Source: Cupriavidus necator
GTDB taxonomy: Bacteria > Pseudomonadota > Gammaproteobacteria > Burkholderiales > Burkholderiaceae
Assembly (NCBI RefSeq): GCF_016127575.1
Contig: NZ_CP066018.1
Span: 4,017,937 to 4,049,936 of the forward strand
Reading direction: 5' to 3'
DNA length: 32,000 bases
How positions within the stretch are numbered: the first letter of the stretch is position 1; each line of letters opens with the position of its first letter. The notes below the pieces were generated by a model. That model made no database searches. It had not been told where the DNA came from and worked only from the letters and a program-made list of their open reading frames with translations. A program made the translations under genes and the position numbers. Of the stretch, positions 25,409 to 32,000 are shown one piece after another.

Positions 25409-25424
25409 ACCTCTGCCCCGTGCC
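25397..25424 (+). terminator. Possible weak terminator hairpin overlapping the RES stop codon
   Basis: ggcacggg (25397-25404) pairs with cccgtgcc (25417-25424) around a 12-nt loop. The downstream sequence is only moderately T-rich. Confidence 0.25.
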
Positions 25425-25486
25425 GGCGATCTAATCGTTATGGCAGGCGGCGATGCGCACCACCGGAAGGTATTTTTAAACAGGTG

Positions 25487-25515
25487 TTGCATTGCGCAAC
25501 CAGATGCCATATAAT
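25487..25515 (+). promoter_or_regulatory. Sigma70 promoter of tRNA-fMet with an upstream A/T-rich UP-like element
   Basis: TTGCAT (25487-25492), a 17-nt spacer and TATAAT (25510-25515). tatttttaaa lies just upstream. The mature tRNA 5' end is 16 nt downstream of the -10. Confidence 0.6.
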
Positions 25516-25530
25516 CTTTTCTTCGACGGA

Positions 25531-25606
25531 CGCGGGGTGGAGCAGTTGGCAGCTCGTCGGGCTCATAACCCGAAGGTCGCAGGTTCAAGTCCTGCCCCCG
25601 CAACCA
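25531..25606 (+). tRNA. Initiator tRNA-Met (CAT anticodon)
   Basis: 76 nt, folded by hand into a cloverleaf: CGCGGGG / GAGC-AGUUGGCA-GCUC / UCGGG-CUCAUAA-CCCGA / AGGUC / GCAGG-UUCAAGU-CCUGC / CCCCGCA-ACCA. The C1xA72 mismatch and three G-C pairs closing the anticodon stem are initiator hallmarks. It is near-identical to E. coli tRNA-fMet. Confidence 0.95.
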
Positions 25607-25607
25607 A

Positions 25608-25629
25608 CCGCATGATGCGTATCATGCGG
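25608..25629 (+). other. Perfect 9-bp hairpin immediately 3' of the tRNA (possible processing/protection structure)
   Basis: ccgcatgat (25608-25616), gcgt, atcatgcgg (25621-25629). Confidence 0.4.
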
Positions 25630-25645
25630 CACCGTCAAAGCAGAT

Positions 25646-25675
25646 AAACCCGCCTCTGGCGGGTTTTTTGTTTTC
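25646..25675 (+). terminator. Rho-independent terminator of the tRNA-fMet transcript
   Basis: aaACCCGCCtctGGCGGGTtttttgtttt: a GC-rich 7-bp stem followed by T6-G-T4. Confidence 0.8.
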
Positions 25676-25819
25676 TGCTGCTCCGGCACTGGCACCCCGA
25701 TGCTGCCCTCCGTGCAGCACCAGACTGCGTTGACCGATGGTGCCCCACCGCCCCAATCATGCCTGCCGGCCCCCTCTGCGAGGGTGATACACTTTCGCCA
25801 TTCCTCCCGGACGCCCCTC

Positions 25820-26404
25820 ATGAAATTCTGCTCGAACTGTGGTCATGCGGTCGTGTTGCGCGTGCCTGACGGCGACAACCGCCCGCGCAGTGTTTGCGAC
25901 AACTGCGGCACCATCCACTACGTCAATCCACGCAACGTCGTTGGCACGATTCCGGTGTGGGAAGACAAGATCCTGCTGTGCAAGCGCGCCATCGAGCCGC
26001 GCTACGGTTTCTGGACCCTGCCTGCGGGCTTCATGGAGATTGGCGAAACCACCGCGCAGGCTGCCTCGCGCGAGACGCTGGAAGAAGCCGGCGCGCGCGT
26101 GCAGGTCGGAGAACTGTTCTCGATCCTGAACGTGCCGCATGTGCACCAGGTGCATCTTTTCTACCTGGCCACGCTGGACGACCTGGATATCGCCCCCGGC
26201 GAGGAAAGCCTGGAGGTCAAGCTGGTCGAAGAGGCCGATGTGCCCTGGGATGAACTGGCGTTCCCCACCGTGATCCACACCCTGCGCTGCTTCTTTGCCG
26301 ACCGCGCCGCCGGCCGGCTGCAGGACGGCAGCTTCCGGCTGCACAGCCTGGATATCGACAAGCCCATGCGCCCGCTGACCAGCCGGGCCACGGTCACGCC
26401 CTGA
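25820..26404 (+). CDS. NUDIX hydrolase with N-terminal zinc-ribbon
   Basis: ATG 25820 ([11 protein letters not shown]...CDNCG, a four-Cys ribbon). The track ORF start at 25700 adds an implausible leader. The Nudix box is [22 protein letters not shown]. Confidence 0.85.
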   Translation: MKFCSNCGHAVVLRVPDGDNRPRSVCDNCGTIHYVNPRNVVGTIPVWEDKILLCKRAIEPRYGFWTLPAGFMEIGETTAQAASRETLEEAGARVQVGELFSILNVPHVHQVHLFYLATLDDLDIAPGEESLEVKLVEEADVPWDELAFPTVIHTLRCFFADRAAGRLQDGSFRLHSLDIDKPMRPLTSRATVTP

Positions 26405-26444
26405 GCGGCGCGGCCGCCGCGCATCGCCCTACGGCGCAGCCCGC

Positions 26445-27197
26445 ATGATTGCCTGGCTGGACCCGCAAGACCCGTTTCCGCCGGTTGACGAGGCGCTCGG
26501 GCCCGATTCCGAAGCCCCCGGCCTGCTGGCGGCCAGCCGCGACCTGTCGCCCCAGCGGCTGCTGCTGGCGTACCGCCAGGGCATCTTCCCGTGGTATTCG
26601 AGCGGCCAGCCGGTGCTGTGGTGGAGCACCGATCCGCGCATGGTGCTGGCCCCGCCGGCGCTGCGCGTCTCGCTCAACCTGCGCAAGACCCTGCGCCGCG
26701 TGCTGCGCGACGCTGACTGGGAGATCCGCGTCGACGACGACTTCCTGGCGGTGATGCGCGCCTGCGCGACCACCCCGCGCGACGGCCAGGACGGCACCTG
26801 GATCACCGACGATATCATTGCCGCGTACGGTACGCTGCACCGCAACGGCATGGCCCATTCGGTCGAAAGCTGGTACCGCGGCGAACGCGTGGGCGGCCTG
26901 TATGGGGTGGCGCTGGGGCGGATGTTCTTCGGCGAATCGATGTTCGCGCACCGCACCGATGCCTCAAAGATCGCACTGGCGGCACTGTGCGCGTTCCTCG
27001 GCAATCACGGCGTGGCGATGATAGACTGCCAGCAGGAAACCGACCACCTGGCCTCGCTGGGTGCGCGCCCGATCCCCCGCGCAGAGTTCGTGGCCCATGT
27101 GCGGGCGGCGACGGCGCTGCCGGCGATCAGTCCGTGGCGGTTCGACAAATCGGTGCTGGAGCGCTGGGCCGGGACGCCAGCCGCGCCGGCCGGCTGA
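26445..27197 (+). CDS. aat: Leucyl/phenylalanyl-tRNA--protein transferase
   Basis: 250 aa. [29 protein letters not shown] and [15 protein letters not shown] are signature Aat motifs. Confidence 0.95.
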   Translation: MIAWLDPQDPFPPVDEALGPDSEAPGLLAASRDLSPQRLLLAYRQGIFPWYSSGQPVLWWSTDPRMVLAPPALRVSLNLRKTLRRVLRDADWEIRVDDDFLAVMRACATTPRDGQDGTWITDDIIAAYGTLHRNGMAHSVESWYRGERVGGLYGVALGRMFFGESMFAHRTDASKIALAALCAFLGNHGVAMIDCQQETDHLASLGARPIPRAEFVAHVRAATALPAISPWRFDKSVLERWAGTPAAPAG

Positions 27198-27265
27198 AAC
27201 CTGGCACGGGACGCCCCGCTGACTGCGCGTCCGGCCGCATCGTCCCGCCCGGAGCCCCCTGAGTC

Positions 27266-28054
27266 ATGAGCAAGCTGAAGGAACTTCCGCTCTCCGCGCT
27301 GCAGTTCTATGCCACGGCGCCCTACGCTTGCAGCTATCTCGACGGCCGCATGGCACGCTCCCAGGTCGCCACCCCGGCGCACCTGATCAATGCCGACGTC
27401 TATTCACGCCTGGTGCGCGCCGGCTTTCGCCGCAGCGGCATCTTCACCTACCGGCCGTATTGCGACGAATGCCACGCCTGCACGCCATGCCGCGTGGTGG
27501 TGGACCAGTTCGTGCCGGACCGCTCGCAGCGCCGCGCCTGGAGCCGCCACCAGCACCTGCAGGCACTGGTGGCACCGCTGACCTATGTCGAAGAGCATTA
27601 TTCGCTGTACCTGCTGTACCAGTCGATGCGCCACGCCGGCGGCGGCATGGACCAGGACAGCCGCGACCAGTACGAACAGTTCCTGCTGCAGAGCCGCGTC
27701 AACTCGCGCCTGGTGGAATTCCGCGAACCGCCGGGCTCGCCCGAGGCCGGGCGCCTGCGCATGGTCAGCATGATCGACGTGCTCGACGACGGGCTGTCGT
27801 CGGTCTACACCTTCTACGATCCGCTCGAACGCAACGCCAGCTACGGCACCTACAACATCCTGTGGCAGATCCGCCAGACGCGCGAGCTGGGCCTGCCGCA
27901 CCTCTACCTGGGCTACTGGATCGCCGACAGCCGCAAGATGGCCTACAAGGCACGCTTCCGGCCGCTGCAGGTGCTGACCGGCAACCACTGGCATGCGTTC
28001 GAGGACGAGGCCGGGGATGCGGCCAGCCCCGCGCCTGCATCCAACCGGGACTAG
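27266..28054 (+). CDS. bpt: Arginyl-tRNA-protein-transferase-family enzyme (bacterial Bpt, Asp/Glu leucyltransferase)
   Basis: 262 aa. It has the ATE_N Cys motif (CSYL...[14 protein letters not shown]) and an ATE_C region (SSVYTFYDP...[11 protein letters not shown]...YLGYWI). Confidence 0.9.
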   Translation: MSKLKELPLSALQFYATAPYACSYLDGRMARSQVATPAHLINADVYSRLVRAGFRRSGIFTYRPYCDECHACTPCRVVVDQFVPDRSQRRAWSRHQHLQALVAPLTYVEEHYSLYLLYQSMRHAGGGMDQDSRDQYEQFLLQSRVNSRLVEFREPPGSPEAGRLRMVSMIDVLDDGLSSVYTFYDPLERNASYGTYNILWQIRQTRELGLPHLYLGYWIADSRKMAYKARFRPLQVLTGNHWHAFEDEAGDAASPAPASNRD

Positions 28055-28142
28055 CCGGGTCGCGGCATCCGGCCGCGCACCGACCGGGTATGCGGCCCAG
28101 CCGCTACAATGCGGGGCTGGTATTCACTCTGCCCTGCCCCCC

Positions 28143-29177
28143 GTGCTCAACGCGCTCTACCCCCTGGTTCGCCCCGCCCTGTTCTCGATGGATGCCGAGG
28201 ACGCCCACCATTTCACGCTGAACAACCTGCTGCGCGCCCATCGCATGGGCCTGGCGGGCTGCATCGGCAACAGGATTGCCGACGACCCGCGCACGGTCAT
28301 GGGGGTGCGGTTCCCCAACCCGGTCGGCCTGGCCGCGGGGCTGGATAAGGACGGCGCCTATATCGACGGGCTGGCCGCGTTCGGCTTCGGCTTTATCGAG
28401 GTGGGCACGGTCACGCCGCGCGCGCAGCCGGGCAACCCGCGCCCGCGCATGTTCCGGCTGCCGCAGGCGGATGCGCTGATCAACCGCATGGGCTTCAACA
28501 ATGGCGGCGTCGATGCCTTTGTCGCCAATGTGCGGGCCTCGCGCTGGAAGGCCGAGGGCGGCGTGCTGGGGCTGAACATCGGCAAGAACGCCGATACGCC
28601 GATCGAGCGCGCCAACGACGACTACCTCTACTGCCTGGAACGCGTCTACCCGCACGCCAGCTACGTGACGGTCAATATCTCGTCGCCCAACACCAAGAAC
28701 CTGCGCCAGCTGCAAGGCGCGAGCGAGCTGGACAGCCTGCTGTCGACGCTGAAGGATGCGCAGCAGCGCCTGGCCGACCAGCACAAGCGCTACGTGCCGC
28801 TGGCGCTGAAGATCGCGCCGGACCTGGATGCCGACCAGATCGGCAATATCGGCGACGCGCTGGTGCGGCACAAGATCGACGGCGTGATCGCCACCAACAC
28901 CACCATCTCGCGCGAGGCGGTCAAGGGCCTGCCGCATGCCGAGGAAGCCGGAGGCCTGTCCGGCCGCCCGGTGTTCGAGGCCTCGACCCGGGTGGTGCGC
29001 GCGCTGCACGGCGTGGTCGGCGACGCGGTGCCGATCATCGGCGTGGGCGGCATCTTCGGCGGCGCCGATGCGCGCGCCAAGATCGACGCCGGCGCGAAGC
29101 TGGTGCAGGTCTACAGCGGCCTGATCTACCGCGGCCCGGCGCTGGTGCGCGAGTGCGCCGCGGCGCTGCGCGGCTGA
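28143..29177 (+). CDS. pyrD: Dihydroorotate dehydrogenase (quinone), class 2
   Basis: A GTG 28143 start gives [25 protein letters not shown], matching the usual PyrD N-terminus (E. coli [22 protein letters not shown]). Motifs are [27 protein letters not shown] and GVGGI. The track start at 27993 would overlap bpt. Confidence 0.9.
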   Translation: MLNALYPLVRPALFSMDAEDAHHFTLNNLLRAHRMGLAGCIGNRIADDPRTVMGVRFPNPVGLAAGLDKDGAYIDGLAAFGFGFIEVGTVTPRAQPGNPRPRMFRLPQADALINRMGFNNGGVDAFVANVRASRWKAEGGVLGLNIGKNADTPIERANDDYLYCLERVYPHASYVTVNISSPNTKNLRQLQGASELDSLLSTLKDAQQRLADQHKRYVPLALKIAPDLDADQIGNIGDALVRHKIDGVIATNTTISREAVKGLPHAEEAGGLSGRPVFEASTRVVRALHGVVGDAVPIIGVGGIFGGADARAKIDAGAKLVQVYSGLIYRGPALVRECAAALRG

Positions 29178-29209
29178 GTCCCTCCTGCGCCAACGACACG
29201 CAAACCGCC

Positions 29210-30268
29210 ATGGAAACCATCCGACTCGGCCGCAGCGACCTGCAGGTCTCGCGCATCTGCCTGGGCACCATGACCTTCGGCGAGCAGAACACCGAGGCCG
29301 AAGGCCACAGCCAGCTCGACTACGCCTTCGCGCGCGGCATCAATTTCATCGACACGGCCGAGATGTACCCGGTCAAGCCGAGGGCCGGCACCTACGGCCA
29401 GACCGAGCGCATTGTCGGCACCTGGCTCAGGCGCCAGCCGCGCGACCGCGTGGTGCTCGCCACGAAGGTGGCCGGCCCGGGCCGCATGCCGTGGATCCGC
29501 AATGGCGACGACCTGACGCCGGCTGGCATCCGCGCCGCGGTGGACGAATCGCTGCGCCGGCTACAGACCGACTATATCGACCTGTACCAGATCCACTGGC
29601 CGGCGCGGAATGCGCCGATCTTCGGGCAGCTCAGCTTCGATCCTGCCAAGGAGCGCGAGTGCACCTCGATCCAGGCCCAGCTCGAAGTCATGGACGAACT
29701 GGTGCGCGCCGGCAAGATCCGCTACGTGGGCGTGTCGAACGAGACCCCGTGGGGCGTGGCCGAATTCGTGCGCCTTGCCGGGCAGCACGGCCTGCCGCGC
29801 ATCGCCACCGTCCAGAACCCGTACAACCTGGTCAACCGCAGCTTCGAGCAGGGACTGGATGAAGCGTGCTTCCGTACCGATGTCAGCCTGCTGGTGTACA
29901 GCCCGCTGGCGTTCGGGCAACTGACCGGCAAATACCTGGCGGGCGATGCGGCCAACCCGGTCTTCAATGCCGAGGCCAAGGGCCGGCTGTCGCGCTTCCC
30001 CGCCGACTGGAGCCCGCGCTACATGCGCCCCGAGACCATGGCGGCCTCGGCCCGCTATGTCGAACTGGCGAAAAGCGCCGGCCTCTCCCCTGCCACGCTG
30101 GCGCTAGCCTGGTGCTACTCGCGCTGGTTCGCCGCCAGCACCATCGTCGGCGCCACCACGCTGGTCCAGCTCGAGGAAAACCTCGACGCCTGGAACGCGC
30201 AATTGCATGAAGACCTGGTCGCCGCAATCGGGGTAATCCACAAGCAAATCATGAATCCCGCGCAATAA
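29210..30268 (+). CDS. tas: NADP(H)-dependent aldo-keto reductase, Tas-like
   Basis: ATG 29210. METIRLGRSDLQVSRICLGTMTFGEQNTEAEGHSQLDYAFARGINFIDTAEMYPV is closely colinear with E. coli Tas. Also LQTDYIDLYQIHWP and GKIRYVGVSNETPWG. Confidence 0.9.
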   Translation: METIRLGRSDLQVSRICLGTMTFGEQNTEAEGHSQLDYAFARGINFIDTAEMYPVKPRAGTYGQTERIVGTWLRRQPRDRVVLATKVAGPGRMPWIRNGDDLTPAGIRAAVDESLRRLQTDYIDLYQIHWPARNAPIFGQLSFDPAKERECTSIQAQLEVMDELVRAGKIRYVGVSNETPWGVAEFVRLAGQHGLPRIATVQNPYNLVNRSFEQGLDEACFRTDVSLLVYSPLAFGQLTGKYLAGDAANPVFNAEAKGRLSRFPADWSPRYMRPETMAASARYVELAKSAGLSPATLALAWCYSRWFAASTIVGATTLVQLEENLDAWNAQLHEDLVAAIGVIHKQIMNPAQ

Positions 30269-30315
30269 AATGCGCCTCGATGGCGGATAGTGGGCGTCTG
30301 GCAGCATCCGATGCC

Positions 30316-30358
30316 CCACTTCCGCATGATGACTGTCCATATCGTGCGCGGGAAGTGG
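30316..30358 (+). other. Long bulged hairpin (15 bp, 3-nt bulge, 10-nt loop) downstream of tas / in the leader of the next operon
   Basis: ccacttccgcatgat (30316-30330) pairs with atcgtgc[gcg]ggaagtgg (30341-30358). There is no U-tract. Confidence 0.35.
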
Positions 30359-30540
30359 TATCCTCGCAGGCTTATCGCTGTCGCATCCGACGCGCCCGCG
30401 CACGCTCCCTCCAGCCGCAGGAAGCCGCCGCGCCCGCCCGGACCGGCCCCGTACGCCAGCATGCGCACGGACCAGGACGGCGGACCGAACCATTCGCGGC
30501 CGTATCCAATCCAGAACCGAGTTTCGGGGGAGAACAGACA

Positions 30541-31518
30541 ATGAAGTCCATCAAGGGTCTCGCAGCAACCAAGTCCATCCTGGGCGGCGCCGTGGCGCTG
30601 GCACTGCTGTACGGGCCCGCCGTGCAGGCCCAGACCGTCAAGGTGCTGTCGATCGTCGACCATCCCGCGCTGGACGCCATCCGCGACGGCGTGCGCGCCG
30701 AGCTGAAGGCCGCCGGCTATGACGCCGACAAGAGCCTGAAGTGGGAATACCAGAGCGCCCAGGGCAACACCGGCACCGCGGCGCAGATCGCCCGCAAGTT
30801 CGTCGGCGACAACCCGAACGCCATCGTTGCCATCGCCACCCCGTCGGCCCAGGCCGTGGTTGCCGCCACCAAGAGCGTGCCGGTGGTGTACTCGGGCGTG
30901 ACCGATCCGGTCGCCGCGCAGCTGGTCAAGAGCTGGTCGGCCTCGGGCACCAACGTTACCGGCGTGTCGGACAAGCTGCCGCTGGACAAGCAGGTCGCGC
31001 TGATCAAGCGCGTGGTGCCCAAGGCCAAGACCGTGGGCATGGTCTACAACCCGGGCGAAGCCAACTCGGTGGTCGTGGTCAAGGAACTGAAGGAGCTGCT
31101 GGCCAAGGACGGCCTGACGCTCAAGGAAGCTGCCGCGCCGCGTACCGTTGACATCGGCCCGGCCGCCAAGAGCCTGATCGGCAAGGTCGACGTGATCTAC
31201 ACCAACACCGACAACAACGTGGTGTCGGCGTATGAGTCCCTGGTCAAGGTCGCCAACGAATCCAAGATCCCGCTGGTGGCCGCCGATACCGACAGCGTCA
31301 AGCGTGGCGCCGTGGCCGCACTGGGCATCAACTATGGCGACCTCGGCCACCAGACCGGCAAGGTCGTGGTGCGCATCCTGAAGGGCGAGAAGCCGGGCGC
31401 GATCGCCTCGCAGACCAGCGACAACCTGGAGCTCTTCGTCAACACGGGCGCCGCCGCCAAGCAAGGCGTCACGCTGTCGCCGGAGCTGGTCAAGGAAGCC
31501 AAGACGGTCATCAAGTAA
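30541..31518 (+). CDS. ABC transporter substrate-binding protein (ABC_sub_bind / BMP-like family)
   Basis: ATG 30541 follows GGGGGAGAA. The signal peptide is MKSIKGLAATKSILGGAVALALLYGPAVQA. VKVLSIVDHPALDAIRDG and AIVAIATPSAQA are typical of the family. Confidence 0.85.
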   Translation: MKSIKGLAATKSILGGAVALALLYGPAVQAQTVKVLSIVDHPALDAIRDGVRAELKAAGYDADKSLKWEYQSAQGNTGTAAQIARKFVGDNPNAIVAIATPSAQAVVAATKSVPVVYSGVTDPVAAQLVKSWSASGTNVTGVSDKLPLDKQVALIKRVVPKAKTVGMVYNPGEANSVVVVKELKELLAKDGLTLKEAAAPRTVDIGPAAKSLIGKVDVIYTNTDNNVVSAYESLVKVANESKIPLVAADTDSVKRGAVAALGINYGDLGHQTGKVVVRILKGEKPGAIASQTSDNLELFVNTGAAAKQGVTLSPELVKEAKTVIK

Positions 31519-31563
31519 GCAACAGCGAAGCACTGCCCCCTGCCGCCACACGACGGCGGGTGC

Positions 31564-31590
31564 CCCGTCGGGCCTATCCGGCCCGACGGG
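31564..31590 (+). other. Perfect 11-bp GC-rich hairpin in the SBP-permease intercistronic region
   Basis: cccgtcgggcc (31564-31574), tatcc, ggcccgacggg (31580-31590). There is no U-tract. Confidence 0.4.
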
Positions 31591-31694
31591 ACAGAACAGG
31601 GCGAGGCGGCCGGCAGCCCCACACAGGCGCGCCGGCCCACCCGCCCCGAAGGCGGCGCCAAGGCAGCCGCCAGCCCCTGCAACAGGATTCCCCC

Positions 31695-32000
31695 ATGTCC
31701 CTCTTTTCCCTTCTGGGCGCCCTGGAGATCGGCCTGATCTTCAGCCTGGTGGCGCTCGGGGTGCTGATCTCCTTCCGCATCCTCAACTTTCCCGACCTGA
31801 CCGTTGATGGCAGCTTTCCGCTCGGCGGCGCCGTCGCCGCGACGCTGATCGCCGCCGGCCAGGACCCGTTCATGGCCACTGCCGTTGCGATCGCTGCCGG
31901 CGCGCTGGCAGGCTTCATCACCGGCTGGCTCAATGTGCGCCTGAAGATCATGGACCTGCTCGCCAGTATCCTGATGATGATCGCGCTGTACTCGATCAAC
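31695..32000 (+). CDS. ABC transporter permease (partial; continues beyond the window)
   Basis: From ATG 31695 the frame is open to the window end. My translation is MSLFSLLGALEIGLIFSLVALGVLISFRILNFPDLTVDGSFPLGGAVAATLIAAG..., typical of the permease partnered with ABC_sub_bind proteins. Confidence 0.8.
   Translation, partial: MSLFSLLGALEIGLIFSLVALGVLISFRILNFPDLTVDGSFPLGGAVAATLIAAGQDPFMATAVAIAAGALAGFITGWLNVRLKIMDLLASILMMIALYSIN

Noticed and set aside
24218-25700. Genomic island integrated at tRNA-fMet carrying the TA pair
   Set aside because: The TA lies 5' of the tRNA, not at its 3' end. There is no integrase, no duplicated tRNA 3' segment and no G+C shift.
27993-28142. Upstream extension of pyrD overlapping bpt by 62 nt
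   Set aside because: The extension has no PyrD similarity. GTG 28143 reproduces the conserved PyrD N-terminus.
30115-31551. 478-aa minus-strand ORF opposite the ABC substrate-binding protein gene
   Set aside because: It is a shadow ORF. The plus strand has a signal peptide, an SD and family motifs.
1-32000. CRISPR arrays, IS elements/transposases, prophage genes, rRNA
   Set aside because: I found no regularly spaced direct repeats, terminal inverted repeats with transposase ORFs, or rRNA-like segments on either strand.

Overview
High-GC (about two-thirds G+C by eye) beta-proteobacterial chromosomal segment with Cupriavidus/Ralstonia-like gene content (inference). It is almost fully coding, and most of it is ordinary core or catabolic DNA.

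Left to right:
- a PmrAB/QseBC-like two-component system (minus strand), divergent from an ArnT-type GT83 glycosyltransferase and a stand-alone ArnA-C-type UDP-glucuronate decarboxylase
- a same-strand stress block: two Hsp20 genes, an alpha/beta-hydrolase::LuxR fusion regulator, a small secreted repeat protein and a His/Cys-rich orphan membrane protein
- the Kup K+ transporter
- an aerobic benzoyl-CoA (box) catabolic cluster: a LivFGMHK-type ABC importer, an alpha/beta hydrolase and benzoate-CoA ligase on the minus strand, divergent from boxR-boxC-boxB-boxA
- a ParS/Xre-RES toxin-antitoxin pair
- a single initiator tRNA-Met with a near-consensus promoter and terminator
- housekeeping genes: NUDIX, aat, bpt, pyrD, tas-like aldo-keto reductase
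- the start of another ABC importer

I found no CRISPR array, transposase, integrase or rRNA.

I do not see a clear-cut novel multi-gene system. The best candidates for undescribed biology are:
- the 5.1-8.4 kb stress block (enzyme-fused LuxR regulator, repeat peptide, His/Cys membrane orphan, and a possible RNA thermometer on the sHSP operon)
- the minimal arn-like module with a PmrA-box-like site
- the RES-Xre pair wedged between boxA and tRNA-fMet

Many very long ORFs in the track are antisense shadow ORFs typical of high-GC DNA and were rejected.
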